DNA from: Desulfonatronovibrionaceae bacterium
Lineage (GTDB): Bacteria; Desulfobacterota; Desulfovibrionia; Desulfovibrionales; Desulfonatronovibrionaceae
Length of the DNA stretch: 41,936 nucleotides
Assembly: GCA_046539845.1 (NCBI GenBank)
Contig: JBKHGE010000018.1
Location: 1 to 41,936, forward strand
Reading direction: 5' to 3'
Shown: piece after piece, positions 8,420 to 18,966 of the stretch
Layout of the letters: every line of letters begins with the position of its first letter
Position numbering within the stretch: position 1 is the first letter of the stretch
Made by a program: the position numbers and the translations under genes
The notes under the pieces: generated by a model
Told to the model about the DNA's origin: nothing
Databases searched by the model: none
What the model saw: the letters and a program-made list of their open reading frames with translations, nothing else

Positions 8420-9760
8420 TCAGGTGAATATGAAGGTGGCCATGCCCAAAAAGAAAAAGAAACCTGCGCTGTCCGTGAGCATGGTCAAAAAAATGGACGA
8501 GGCCTGGGCCGGATCCCGGCCCATCTCCTTGAGGATAAGAGGAATGGAAGCTCCGGCCACAGCACCCAGAAACATGTCTCCGCCGAGCGCTATCCCCACC
8601 ACCAGGGACAGCGTTACATTATCCGTCCACAAAAATATGGCCCCAATAACCAAAAAGGAGAGCCCGGCCCCGTTCAAAAGTCCGATCCTCGCCTCTCTGA
8701 GCACAGCGGACCACACCTTTCTGCGATCAAAGCGTTCCAGGGCCAATTGCCGGATCATGACTGCCAAGGATTGCTGCCCGGTATTCCCGGCCTGATTGGC
8801 CACTATGGGCATAAGCACGGCCAGAACCGACATCTGGGCGATAGTACCCTCGAATAAATGGACCACCCAAGCGGAGACAGCGGAAGTAAAAAGGTTCATC
8901 ACCAGCCAGGGGGCCCTTTTTTGCACCGAATACAGCCACGGTGAATCAATGGTTTCATCCGAAGCGGCGCCGACCATCGTCTGCAGGTCCTCGCTGGCCT
9001 CCTCCTGAATGATGTCGATCACGTCGTCAACAGTAACGATCCCCAGAAGCCTCTGCTCCAAATCCACCACTGGAAGCGCGAGTAAATCATATCTGCCGAT
9101 CAGCTTGGCTACCTCTTCCTTGTCCTCGTTATAGGCCACGTATATGAGGTGCTGATCATGAAGAAGATTCTGGAGCTTGGTTCCGGAAGGGGCGAGCATA
9201 AGATCCCGGAGAGATAAAACCCCTTTTAAGTGCCTGAACTCATCAACTATATAGGCGTAATAAGGGATCTCTATTTCCTCTGCGCCCTTGCGGATCAGGG
9301 AGATGGCCTGGTCCACAGAGAGTTTGCGGTCCAGGACCAGAATTTCGGTATTCATGACCCCGCCGGCCGAATCAGGGTCGAATTTCAAAAGATCGTTGAT
9401 CAGAGCGGCGTCACTCCGATCTATATGCTTGAATACCTCGGAACGCTGCTCCCGGTCCAGATCGTCCAGGATATCCGCAGCGTCATCCGGGGACATCTCG
9501 GAGAGCATATCCGCGACAAAGCTTCCGGACAGCCGGGATAGAAGCTCCCTGCGGTCGTGCTTCTCCATCTCCACCACATACTCGGCCGCTTCCCCAGTCG
9601 GGCTTTCCTGCAGGATCTGTAGCTGCTCTTCCGGGGCTGCGTTCTCCAGGTGGTCGGCTACATCAGCGGGATGCCTGTTGTCGAATTCAACAGAAGGCCA
9701 TTCCACTGTCTTGTAATCCTTAGGATCGTGCTTGGTCTCTGATCTTTCTGGACGCTGCAT
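8420..9760 (-). CDS. mgtE: Magnesium transporter MgtE
   Basis: MgtE N-domain (HPADVAD, MSPDDAAD), SAGGVMN and CBS pair (ALPVVD, GIVTVDDV), TM region with GNTGQQ, DPAQASS, LTMLTD. Start set at ATG 9760 because the 10012 extension is not protein-like. Confidence 0.93.
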   Translation of the reverse strand: MQRPERSETKHDPKDYKTVEWPSVEFDNRHPADVADHLENAAPEEQLQILQESPTGEAAEYVVEMEKHDRRELLSRLSGSFVADMLSEMSPDDAADILDDLDREQRSEVFKHIDRSDAALINDLLKFDPDSAGGVMNTEILVLDRKLSVDQAISLIRKGAEEIEIPYYAYIVDEFRHLKGVLSLRDLMLAPSGTKLQNLLHDQHLIYVAYNEDKEEVAKLIGRYDLLALPVVDLEQRLLGIVTVDDVIDIIQEEASEDLQTMVGAASDETIDSPWLYSVQKRAPWLVMNLFTSAVSAWVVHLFEGTIAQMSVLAVLMPIVANQAGNTGQQSLAVMIRQLALERFDRRKVWSAVLREARIGLLNGAGLSFLVIGAIFLWTDNVTLSLVVGIALGGDMFLGAVAGASIPLILKEMGRDPAQASSIFLTMLTDSAGFFFFLGMATFIFT

Positions 9761-10127
9761 AAGTAAAAAAATATACTTTAAAACCAGTTTAAGGTCAAAA
9801 GGTTCACCGCAGATAACCCTCGGAGACAAATATACCCTCGGCCGCAAGATGTATAGCCGTTTGCTGCTAAAAACCTTATGACCCAGGCCGCGGAAGAAAT
9901 CTCCAAGGACGGTGCAAAAAAACCAAGGCCTAAGCTGCTTAGCTGTAAATAAAGATCTGAACTTATCGCCGCCATATCGGATTAAAAGATTTAAAAACGG
10001 GTTAGTCACCACGCCGCAGCTTGACCCGGACGGACTTAAACCTTAATTTTAAATTGGGACTTAATTTAACCGTAATCCGGCATAAATCACAGAAAAAACC
10101 GCCCGGATAAACATAAACTGGACATAA

Positions 10128-11012
10128 ATGAAACTTTTCAGCCGCTTCTTTACTCCATCCCGCCTGGCTTTTCTGGACCAAAGCATTTCTTTGGCCCTTG
10201 CCGAAGACGGCCGGGATCTGACCTCAACTGCTGTATTCAGAAAACAGGACCGGCTGGAAGCGGAAATTGTGAGTAAAGAAAAAGCGATAGTCTGCGGTTT
10301 GCCCATTATTTCACTTGTTTTACAACACATAGGCGGGGATATATCCTGCAATCTGATGGCAAAAGACGGGGAAACAACAGAGCCGGGACAAGTGGTGGCC
10401 GAGCTTTCCGGTGGAGCCGCCAAACTGCTCAAAGCGGAGCGGGTGATTCTAAATTTTATCTGTCATCTGTCCGGAGTGGCCAGCCGAAGCAGGCAATTCT
10501 GTGAAAAGGCCGGGAACTTTGGGACCAAAATCCTGGACACCAGAAAGACTTTGCCCGGACTGCGTTACCCGGAGAAATACGCAGTTCTAGTTGGAGGCGG
10601 CGAGAATCACCGCCTGGACCTGGAAGAGATGCTCATGCTCAAGGACAATCACATTGACCGCTGCGGGGGTATAAAAGAAGCAGTTTCAGCGCTTCGTAAC
10701 ACTTACTCTCCCTGTCCGCCCGTAGAAGTGGAATGCCGCAATATAAACGAAGTCCGGGAGGCGGTTGCAGCCGGGGCGGACAGGATTATGCTGGACAATA
10801 TGCGCCCGGAACAGATACGCAGCCTCCTGCCCCTGGTCCCGCAGGGCATAGAAACCGAAATAAGTGGGAACATCAGCCTAAAAAACTTGGCTGCATATGC
10901 AGGCCTGGGGGCAAACTACATCTCAATCGGCAGCCTGACTCATTCCGCACCGGCCGCAGATTTCAGCATGAAAATAAAGGCCCTCAACTGGCAGTCTACA
11001 TCAAGGACTTAA
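10128..11012 (+). CDS. nadC: Nicotinate-nucleotide pyrophosphorylase (QPRTase)
   Basis: AERVILN, DTRKTLPGLR, NHR, MLKDNH, EVEC, IMLDNM, SIGSLTHS. Confidence 0.96.
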   Translation: MKLFSRFFTPSRLAFLDQSISLALAEDGRDLTSTAVFRKQDRLEAEIVSKEKAIVCGLPIISLVLQHIGGDISCNLMAKDGETTEPGQVVAELSGGAAKLLKAERVILNFICHLSGVASRSRQFCEKAGNFGTKILDTRKTLPGLRYPEKYAVLVGGGENHRLDLEEMLMLKDNHIDRCGGIKEAVSALRNTYSPCPPVEVECRNINEVREAVAAGADRIMLDNMRPEQIRSLLPLVPQGIETEISGNISLKNLAAYAGLGANYISIGSLTHSAPAADFSMKIKALNWQSTSRT

Positions 11013-11033
11013 ATCTGAAGATAAGGGAAACGC

Positions 11034-12068
11034 ATGTCCTCCAAAGACATCCATCAAGAGATTGAGAGAATAAGAAAAAAGATGGGCCGAGATATGGTCA
11101 TTCTCGGCCATCACTATCAAAGCGACCAAATCGTGCGCCATACCGACATCCAGGGCGACTCCTTGGAACTGGCCCGGAAAATAACCGCCCTGGAGGCAAG
11201 ATACATAGTATTCTGCGGGGTGCATTTCATGGCCGAGACCGCGGCTGTACTGGCCGGATCCGAACAGTCGGTGTTTTTGCCCGACCACGGGGCGTCGTGC
11301 GTGATGGCGGATACCGCTCCAGGAGAGCTGGTCCAAAGGATACTCACCAGATTGAATGCCCAGGGCAAAAAAATAATTCCGGTAGCCTATGTGAATTCCG
11401 GTCTGGACATCAAAGAATTGTGCGGAGAATTTGGCGGCAGCGTGTGTACCTCAGCCAACGCCGCCAAAATGCTTGCCTGGGCCCTGGAAGAGGGTGACGG
11501 GGTGCTCTTTTTGCCGGATCGACATCTGGGAATAAATACCGCCAACGACCTGGGGATCCCGGAAAAAGAAAGGCAGATCCTGGACATCCGCTCCGCGGGC
11601 GGGAATATTGACTTTAGCGCGGCCGCGGCAAAAAAGATGCTCTTCTGGCCCGGGGTGTGCGCGGTACATCACAGGCTGAAGCCGAAATATCTGCACCGGG
11701 TAAGAGTAAACGACCCGGAAGCGAAGATAATAGTCCACCCGGAGTGCTCTCCGGAGGTGGTGGAGATCGCAGACAGCAAGGGGTCGACCTCCACGATAAT
11801 CAATTATGTCCAACAGGCCCCGGCCGGGAGTACCATATATGTGGGCACTGAAGACAACTTGGTTCGCCGCCTGGCTGCGGACTTCGCTCCTAATAAGGCA
11901 ATAAGACCCCTTTTTCCCACTTACTGCAGCAACATGGCCAAAATAACCCCGGAAAAGCTCCTGGACACCCTGCAAGATTTGGATCCGATAAACCGGGTGG
12001 AAGTGGATCCGAACATGGCCCTTCAGGCCCGCAAGGCCCTGGAAACCATGCTCAAGGTCTGCTTTTGA
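11034..12068 (+). CDS. nadA: Quinolinate synthase
   Basis: LGHHYQ, GDSLELAR, FCGVHFMAE, SCVMAD, AYVNS, CTSANA, HPEC, CSNMAK. Confidence 0.96.
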   Translation: MSSKDIHQEIERIRKKMGRDMVILGHHYQSDQIVRHTDIQGDSLELARKITALEARYIVFCGVHFMAETAAVLAGSEQSVFLPDHGASCVMADTAPGELVQRILTRLNAQGKKIIPVAYVNSGLDIKELCGEFGGSVCTSANAAKMLAWALEEGDGVLFLPDRHLGINTANDLGIPEKERQILDIRSAGGNIDFSAAAAKKMLFWPGVCAVHHRLKPKYLHRVRVNDPEAKIIVHPECSPEVVEIADSKGSTSTIINYVQQAPAGSTIYVGTEDNLVRRLAADFAPNKAIRPLFPTYCSNMAKITPEKLLDTLQDLDPINRVEVDPNMALQARKALETMLKVCF

Positions 12069-12091
12069 CTCCTATTTTACAGGACTCTGCA

Positions 12092-13672
12092 ATGACTGAA
12101 GACAGGATAAGGACTCAGGTCCTGGTGCTAGGAGCCGGGCTGGCCGGGGGAACGGCCGCGCTCACTCTGGCTGAAGCTGGGTTTGAGGTCCTTCTGATCT
12201 CCGCTGGCCCGGACCTCCTGGACGGCAATTCCGCTTTGGCCCAGGGAGGGATTGTCTATTCCGGGGATAATGACGATCCCAAGCTTCTGGAAAAAGATAT
12301 CCTCACTGCCGGCTGGGAGCACAATTACCTTCGGGCGGTACGTTTTCTGACCCTTAAGGGTCCGGAAACTGTACGCAAACTCCTGATCGACAAACTCGAG
12401 GTCCCGTTCGAGTCCGAGGACCATTCTTTTCGCCTGACCAGGGAAGGAGGACACTCCCTCCCCCGGGTCCTGTATTGCGCGGACTACACCGGTCGGATCA
12501 TAATGGATCGTCTGACAGAGGAGATCGCAAAGCAACCCGGAATCCGGCAGCTTACCGACTGCACAGCCATTGACCTGCTTACCTCCCACCATCACAGCCG
12601 GGAAATGGACTTCAGATATAATACAAGCAACCAGTGTGTGGGTGCGTATCTCTTAAACAACCAGACCAACAACGTGGTTACGGTCACGGCCGACTATACG
12701 GTCCTGGCCACGGGCGGGGTGGGTCAAATCTACCTGCACACCACCAACTCTCCTGCTTCTACCGGTTCCGGTCTGGCTATGGCCCACCGAGCCGGGGCCA
12801 AAATAATGAATGCTGAATACATCCAATTCCACCCCACCGCCCTTTTCCATCGCTCCAGCCGTAAATTTCTCATTTCCGAGGCGGTCCGAGGTGAGGGGGC
12901 CCGCCTGGTTAACTCCAGGGGCGAGGCCTTTATGAAAAAATATGACTCCCGGGGCGATCTGGCCCCGCGGGATATAGTCACCCGAGCGATCATCGAGGAG
13001 ATGCTTCATAACGGCGACGACTTTGTATTTCTGGATGCAGCCAATCATGTACCCCAAGACCTGAAGCATAGATTCCCGACTATCTACAAGAACTGTTTGG
13101 AAAACGGGATAGACATCTGTAAACAGGCCATTCCAGTGGTCCCGGCCGCCCACTATTTCTGCGGGGGGGTCCTGGTGGACCTGGCCGGAAAGACGACCAT
13201 AGACCGGCTCTATGCAGCGGGCGAATGCGCCTGCACGGGTATACACGGCGCCAACCGTCTGGCCAGCACATCTCTTCTGGAGGCCTTGCTGTGGGGGCAC
13301 AACCTGGCCCTGGACATCGTAAACCGTTACCACTCCGAACCCAAGGTGAGCAAAAGGCTTAGGGAGTCCATCCCGGACTGGGAATTCTTAGGGCAAGAGC
13401 ACAACGACGACCCCGCCCTCATAGCCCAGGACTGGACGACTATCAAAAACACCATGTGGAATTACGTGGGTATCAGCCGAAACACTCCAAGGCTCAAGCG
13501 GGCATTCGAGGACATGCGCAATCTGAACAAACGCCAGCACGATTTCTACCGATCCACCCCGGTTTCCAAGCCGCTTATCAATCTGTTCCACGGCTGCCAG
13601 GCCGCATATATCATCACCACTGCAGCCTTGAGAAACCAAAGAAGCAAGGGCTGCCACTTCCGGAGCAAATGA
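12092..13672 (+). CDS. nadB: L-aspartate oxidase
   Basis: GAGLAG FAD motif, SALAQGG, EGGHS, QFHPT, SEAVRGEG, LAPRDIV, AAHYFCGG, HGANRLASTSL. ATG 12092 with AGGA upstream (track start 12065). Confidence 0.95.
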   Translation: MTEDRIRTQVLVLGAGLAGGTAALTLAEAGFEVLLISAGPDLLDGNSALAQGGIVYSGDNDDPKLLEKDILTAGWEHNYLRAVRFLTLKGPETVRKLLIDKLEVPFESEDHSFRLTREGGHSLPRVLYCADYTGRIIMDRLTEEIAKQPGIRQLTDCTAIDLLTSHHHSREMDFRYNTSNQCVGAYLLNNQTNNVVTVTADYTVLATGGVGQIYLHTTNSPASTGSGLAMAHRAGAKIMNAEYIQFHPTALFHRSSRKFLISEAVRGEGARLVNSRGEAFMKKYDSRGDLAPRDIVTRAIIEEMLHNGDDFVFLDAANHVPQDLKHRFPTIYKNCLENGIDICKQAIPVVPAAHYFCGGVLVDLAGKTTIDRLYAAGECACTGIHGANRLASTSLLEALLWGHNLALDIVNRYHSEPKVSKRLRESIPDWEFLGQEHNDDPALIAQDWTTIKNTMWNYVGISRNTPRLKRAFEDMRNLNKRQHDFYRSTPVSKPLINLFHGCQAAYIITTAALRNQRSKGCHFRSK

Positions 13673-13717
13673 AAAGGCTGGCGGAAAGAGCAAGATCCAC
13701 TGTTCCTGTACAAGGGT

Positions 13718-13759
13718 CAAAAAAACCCCCGGGGCCTTATACGGCTTCGGGGGTTTTTG
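13718..13759. terminator. Bidirectional intrinsic terminator between convergent nadB and secF
   Basis: AAAAAAACCCCCGGGGCC-TTATAC-GGCTTCGGGGGTTTTT hairpin flanked by A and T tracts. Confidence 0.85.
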
Positions 13760-13776
13760 CCAAAAGAAAGTCAAGA

Positions 13777-14850
13777 TCAGTGCTCGGCTGCAGTTTCCTC
13801 AGCAGGCACTTCTTCCACCGGCCTGAATCCCAGAAGTACCGGGCTAGCCACATAGACCGAGGAGTAGGTCCCGACCAAGACCCCGACCAGGAGGGCAAAG
13901 GCAAAATTGTGGATCACTCCGCCGCCGAACAGGAACAAAGACAAGATAACCACAAGTGTGGTCCCGGAGGTCATTATGGTTCGGCTCAGGGTCTGATTGA
14001 TGCTCTTGTTTATGTTCTCCTTTAGGGAAGTGGAGAGCTTGCCGCGGATATTTTCCCGGATACGGTCAAAGACTATGATGGTATCGTTCAAGGAATAGCC
14101 GATAATGGTCAGAAAGGCGGCAACAATAGACAAATCAAATTCTTTGTTCAGAAGCGAGAATAGGCCCAGGGTGATCAACACGTCATGGATTAAAGCGACC
14201 ACCGCGCCCAGGGCGTAATTCAGCCTCAGATACCAGCAAAGGCCCAGAGTGATCAGTGTGGCCGCGATAATCAAAAAACCCATGGGCAGATAAAAAAGCT
14301 TAAGAAGATACACGCCCACTGCCAAGCCTCCGGCCATGACCGCAGCGGTCATCCAGCGTTTCTCAAACCGGCCGGAGATATAAATGGCAATGAGCAAGAC
14401 CGCATAAAAAAGAGCCTCCAGGGCATTGGAACGTAAATCAGAGCCCACCTTGGGTCCAACCATTTCCAAACGCTGAATCAAAAAATCATTGTCCGGAAAG
14501 GAGCTTTTTAATTGCGAACTGACCTCATCCCGGAGTTCTTCCGGGGATCTTTTGTCCTCCGAGGTACGCAGGAGATATTCGTTGTCCTGGCCGCTACCAA
14601 AATCCTGGACTGAAAATCCGGGCAGCTCAAGGTCTTCCAGGCTGTCCTTGAGTCCTCGGGTGTTGACCTGCTCATCGAATTTGACCTGGATTATGATCCC
14701 CCCGGAAAAATCGATCCCGTATCTGGGACCGCCCTTGGCCACAAGAGAAATCACCCCTATGGTTATCAACAGGGCGGAGAGCGCGAAGGCCACCTTCCTT
14801 GCCCCGATAAAATTTATATCAGTATCCGGTTTTATGATCCTAAGTCCCAT
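13777..14850 (-). CDS. secF: Protein translocase subunit SecF
   Basis: GIDFSGG, VGPKVG, HDVLIT, GYSLNDTIIVFDRIRE, TLSRTIMTS, GTYSS. Confidence 0.97.
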   Translation of the reverse strand: MGLRIIKPDTDINFIGARKVAFALSALLITIGVISLVAKGGPRYGIDFSGGIIIQVKFDEQVNTRGLKDSLEDLELPGFSVQDFGSGQDNEYLLRTSEDKRSPEELRDEVSSQLKSSFPDNDFLIQRLEMVGPKVGSDLRSNALEALFYAVLLIAIYISGRFEKRWMTAAVMAGGLAVGVYLLKLFYLPMGFLIIAATLITLGLCWYLRLNYALGAVVALIHDVLITLGLFSLLNKEFDLSIVAAFLTIIGYSLNDTIIVFDRIRENIRGKLSTSLKENINKSINQTLSRTIMTSGTTLVVILSLFLFGGGVIHNFAFALLVGVLVGTYSSVYVASPVLLGFRPVEEVPAEETAAEH

Positions 14851-14868
14851 TTAAAACTTCCTCCGAGA

Positions 14869-16458
14869 TTATATGCTCAAGGTAGAACCGGCTTTTCTCC
14901 GCTTAAGCCAAATGTCAAAAACCGTCCTGGACACGAAAATAGCGGTGAACATAGAAGCCAGGATCCCCAGGGTCAGGGTGACCGCGAATCCGCGCACTGG
15001 ACCGGTCCCGAACTGATACAGGATAATGGCCGCTATTATGGTGGTCACATTCGCGTCCAGAATGGTCAAAGTGGCCCGGCCGAAACCTTCGGATACAGCC
15101 ATGCGCGAGGAAAGACCGCGCCGAAGCTCTTCGCGGATACGCTCGAATATGAGCACGTTGGCGTCCACAGCCATACCAATGGTCAGAATAATTCCCGCGA
15201 TACCCGGCAGAGTGAGCGTGGCTCCAAACAAGGCCAAAGCGGCCATGACCAAAACGATATTAAAGACCAGGGCCACGTCGGCGACTAAACCGGCCATCCC
15301 ATAAAAAAGGACCATAATGATCAAAACCAAAGCACCCCCGAACAAAGCGGAGAAAATACCTTTGTCAATGGATTCCTGTCCTAGGGAGGGACCGACGCTA
15401 CGCTCCTCCATAATCTTAACCGGGGCCGGAAGCGAGCCGGCGCGAAGAACTATGGCCAGATCATGGGCCTCTTCCGCAGTGAACTGTCCGGAGATGCTAG
15501 CCTTGCCTCCGACGATTTTCTCCTGGATCACCGGAGCGGAATGGACATTGCCGTCCAAGACAATGGCCATACGCTTTTTAACATTCTCCTCGGTGATACG
15601 TTCAAATCGTTTGGCTCCGCGGCGATTAAAAGAAAGGGATACATACGGCTGGCCGTAGGAATCGAATGCCACCCGGGCATTGGAGATATTCTCTCCGGTC
15701 ATGACCGCTTCCTTGTACAAGATTAGCGGTTTGCCTTTGTCCCCCTCCTTGCTATCCATATGCACCAATTCGCTATCCGGGGGGACGATGCCTTGCTCAG
15801 CCTTTTGTATATCCGCTTCCTCATTGACGATCTTAAATTCCAGATGGGCCGTCTTGCCGATAATCTCGATGGCCCGGCCCGGGTCTTCGAGTCCGGGGAG
15901 CTGGACCTGAATACGGTTGTCTTCCTTCTTTCTTATATCCGGCTCGGCTACACCGAACTGATCAATACGATTGCGTATGGTCTTGACCGCCTGGTCAATG
16001 GTCATGGACTGCAGCTCTTTTAAGGCCTCTTGGGTATACTTCAGGCTATAGCGGATTTTGCCCTCTCCCTCCCGGTTTTTGGCGGTCACCTCTAGCTCGG
16101 GAAAATCGTCGGCCAGCAGCCCATCCAAAATTTTCTGCTTATCCTCTTTTAACAAAGTAAACTGCAGGGTATCCGAGTCTTTGACATCAGGCCTGAGGAC
16201 AAAGACATCCTGCTCCCTGGCCAGAGAGCGTATATCGCGTCCGTTCTGGGCCAGGGCATTTTCCACTGCTTCTTCTACGCCCACTCCCAGGGTGAGATGA
16301 ATCCCGCCCTTAAGATCCAGGCCGAGGTTTATCTGGTCGTCCGGGAGCTTTTCTCTCAGGGAAGAATCCCGGACTTGGGGGATGGAAGGAAAGACATAGA
16401 CCAAACCGCAGATCAGAACTATTAAAATCAGTATAATTCTCCAGCGTAAGCCACCCAT
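14869..16458 (-). CDS. secD: Protein translocase subunit SecD
   Basis: LGLDLKGG, RIDQFGVAEP, LRAGSLPAP, VGPSLG, GMAVDANVLIFERIREE. Confidence 0.97.
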   Translation of the reverse strand: MGGLRWRIILILIVLICGLVYVFPSIPQVRDSSLREKLPDDQINLGLDLKGGIHLTLGVGVEEAVENALAQNGRDIRSLAREQDVFVLRPDVKDSDTLQFTLLKEDKQKILDGLLADDFPELEVTAKNREGEGKIRYSLKYTQEALKELQSMTIDQAVKTIRNRIDQFGVAEPDIRKKEDNRIQVQLPGLEDPGRAIEIIGKTAHLEFKIVNEEADIQKAEQGIVPPDSELVHMDSKEGDKGKPLILYKEAVMTGENISNARVAFDSYGQPYVSLSFNRRGAKRFERITEENVKKRMAIVLDGNVHSAPVIQEKIVGGKASISGQFTAEEAHDLAIVLRAGSLPAPVKIMEERSVGPSLGQESIDKGIFSALFGGALVLIIMVLFYGMAGLVADVALVFNIVLVMAALALFGATLTLPGIAGIILTIGMAVDANVLIFERIREELRRGLSSRMAVSEGFGRATLTILDANVTTIIAAIILYQFGTGPVRGFAVTLTLGILASMFTAIFVSRTVFDIWLKRRKAGSTLSI

Positions 16459-16694
16459 TTTCAGATCCTTGTTCTATATTGCATTAGCCGCATCCCGGGT
16501 CGGCCGCCTGCTCGCAGACCTAATTTTGCCCGGAACATAGGGCGACGGAAAACGTAAAAAACCGGCCTGAAACCAGAACGGATAATTACCCATTTCCGGG
16601 TTTATCTTGCGATGACAACGGGGTACGGACAAAAAAATAAGCCTGCAGACATGCGTCAAACAGGCTTGGCTGTAACTCAAATTCAATTGATTGG

Positions 16695-17045
16695 CTACTT
16701 TTTTTCCTGGGCGGTTTCCGGGGTCTTTTTATCCGGATCAGCCAGCCCGGCCACATATCCCCGATTTATACGCACTTTATGGTTGTCGCTCACGCTCAGG
16801 GTCAAAACATCCCCGTCCATGTCCACGATCCGGCCATAAAGTCCACCATTGGTCAACACCCGGTCCCCTTTTTTCAAATTCTGCAGCATGATTCTGTGAT
16901 TTTTGGCTTTTTTCTGCTGCGGACGGATAAGGAGAAAATAGAAAATCGCAAACATAAGAATGAGGGGGATGAATGCGGAAAACGCATTCCCCTGACCCTG
17001 ACCTTCCGCCTGGCCCATTGCATGAGCTAAGTTATTAAAAAACAT
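16695..17045 (-). CDS. yajC: Preprotein translocase subunit YajC
   Basis: FYFLLIRPQQKK, LKKGDRVLTNGGLYG; GGAGG SD; upstream of secD. Confidence 0.96.
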   Translation of the reverse strand: MFFNNLAHAMGQAEGQGQGNAFSAFIPLILMFAIFYFLLIRPQQKKAKNHRIMLQNLKKGDRVLTNGGLYGRIVDMDGDVLTLSVSDNHKVRINRGYVAGLADPDKKTPETAQEKK

Positions 17046-17078
17046 AAAACCTCCGGGAAAATATTATTCATTGTCCCG

Positions 17079-17831
17079 CTAGTTCGGCACGTACATATTA
17101 CCGTACGGACGAAGCAAACGGGGCCGAATGCGGAGAAATGTGCTGTCCATGACCGCGGATCTGTCCTGTCCGAATTCACGACAAAAATTGGTCACAAAGC
17201 CGTCGATCAAGTCCAGATCTTCCGCACCTGCCTCTTCAACAAGCAGATTCTCTGCTAACTGATATTCCGAAATTTGTCCACGGACAAATATGGTCCCCCC
17301 GTGTATTCCTGTACCCAGGCATCTTCCGGCGATAGGGGCATCGCTTTTTACTCCGAAAAGGCCCAGGAGGATAATTACTCCCCCGGCCATATACTCGCCC
17401 AAAAAATCACCTGCCCGGCCGCCGATGATCAGGGTGGGCAGTTTATCCTTGTAGGCCTTCATATGGATGCCCGCCCGGTATCCGGCGTCACCCAGGACAT
17501 GGACCTGCCCGCCGCGCATGGCGTAGCCAAGGACATCCCCGCACATACCAGTGCAGAACACTTCTCCCTTGTCCATGGTATTGGCCAGTCCGTCCTGGGC
17601 ATTACCGTTTATGCGCAACTTCGGCCCACACATAAATGCCGCAGTGTCCTGCCCGGCCACACCGTTTATAGTGATTTCCAAATCCCCTTCCAGAGCGGTA
17701 CCTATATATCTCTGGCCGCTGACGTTGAGCAGCTCAAATTCCCTGGTCCCCTCTCTAGCCGCCTCCCGAATGCGCTCATTCAGGTCCCGGTAGTATATCC
17801 CCTGAGTATCGATAACCATCCTGGATTTCAT
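17079..17831 (-). CDS. Glutamate synthase GXGXG beta-helix subunit (GltB3/FwdC-like)
   Basis: GQRYIG, repeated GxxGx motifs, NTMDKG, GDFLGEYMAGG; last gene of the split glutamate synthase cluster. Confidence 0.88.
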   Translation of the reverse strand: MKSRMVIDTQGIYYRDLNERIREAAREGTREFELLNVSGQRYIGTALEGDLEITINGVAGQDTAAFMCGPKLRINGNAQDGLANTMDKGEVFCTGMCGDVLGYAMRGGQVHVLGDAGYRAGIHMKAYKDKLPTLIIGGRAGDFLGEYMAGGVIILLGLFGVKSDAPIAGRCLGTGIHGGTIFVRGQISEYQLAENLLVEEAGAEDLDLIDGFVTNFCREFGQDRSAVMDSTFLRIRPRLLRPYGNMYVPN

Positions 17832-18928
17832 TACTGGCCCTCCACCTCGGCTATTACCGGTTCACCCGCCTTGGGCGCCCACAAACGCTCCGGATCAGGA
17901 CAGGCGTTACGGATAGAGCAGTCTTCGCTGGCCATATACACCAGATCCCCTTTCTCTGCCACTATCAACGGACGGAGTTTTATCCGGTCGTTCAAGCCCA
18001 CAAGGCTGTGTGCATCCGCAAACAACACGGCAAACGGACCATTGAGCATGCCCGAACCGTAGACCATGCGCAGGGCGGTAAACGCCTTTCTCTCTTCCTC
18101 TTCCATACGGTCTATCTCCGCCCAAAAAGGCGGGGCAAAGACCTTGGCAGCCATATCCTTGGACATGTTGTGCTTGCGGATGAACATGTCCAAAAGATAC
18201 GCGACCACTTCCGTATCGGTCATCAATGTGCACTCGTAGTTATGCTGGCAGAGATAGCGCCGGTTTATGCCGTAGGAGGATATTTCCCCGTTATGGACTA
18301 TAGACCAGTCCAGAATGGTGAACGGATGTGCTCCGCCCCACCAGCCAGGTGTATTGGTTGGAAAACGGTTGTGAGCGGTCCAGATATAGCCCTTGTACTC
18401 GTCAAGGCGAAAGAATTCGCCAATGTCCTCGGGAAAGCCGACCCCCTTGAAAGCGCCCATATTCCTACCACTGGAAAATATGTACGCGCCAGGGATTTGC
18501 TTGTTTACGGTCATCACCACCCGGACCATGTAGTCGTTTTCGCTCAATTCGGTCCAGCAGGGACGGTCCTCAAGCGGGAGGACAAAAAACCTCCACAAAA
18601 CCGGACTCTCGCCCACTGCCGGGACCTTACGCACCGGGATGGCCTCGGAGAGATAGATATCAAAATGCCTTTTGATTATCTCCTCTGCCCGGTCCAGGGC
18701 GGCCTTGTCGTCACACATAAGATGCAGGGCAAATTTGTCCGCCAGATCCGGGTAAATCCCGTATGCGGCGAACCCCCCGCCCATACCGTTGCCGCGCTCC
18801 CTTTGCACGGCTATGGCATCTATAGCCGTCCGACCGGAAAAACGCGCTTTTTGCCTGTTGATCACTCCGAACAGACCGCAACCGGAAATATCTTTTTGAA
18901 AATCATAATCCGCTCTGGGCATATGCAT
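17831..18928 (-). CDS. Class II (Ntn) glutamine amidotransferase subunit of split glutamate synthase (GltB1-like)
   Basis: Short propeptide then CGLFG; ERGNGMGGG, HNRFPTN, AHPF, HNGEISSY, TDTEV, DRIKLRP, ASE. Confidence 0.9.
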   Translation of the reverse strand: MHMPRADYDFQKDISGCGLFGVINRQKARFSGRTAIDAIAVQRERGNGMGGGFAAYGIYPDLADKFALHLMCDDKAALDRAEEIIKRHFDIYLSEAIPVRKVPAVGESPVLWRFFVLPLEDRPCWTELSENDYMVRVVMTVNKQIPGAYIFSSGRNMGAFKGVGFPEDIGEFFRLDEYKGYIWTAHNRFPTNTPGWWGGAHPFTILDWSIVHNGEISSYGINRRYLCQHNYECTLMTDTEVVAYLLDMFIRKHNMSKDMAAKVFAPPFWAEIDRMEEEERKAFTALRMVYGSGMLNGPFAVLFADAHSLVGLNDRIKLRPLIVAEKGDLVYMASEDCSIRNACPDPERLWAPKAGEPVIAEVEGQ

Positions 18929-18966
18929 GTATCAAAGCTCCTTATATAAGTACCTGAAAATGCGCC

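Noticed and set aside
9761..10012. N-terminal extension of MgtE, or a Mg2+ riboswitch in the leader
   Set aside because: Extension is not protein-like and lies in the divergent promoter region; no M-box consensus recognised by eye (an Rfam scan would settle it).
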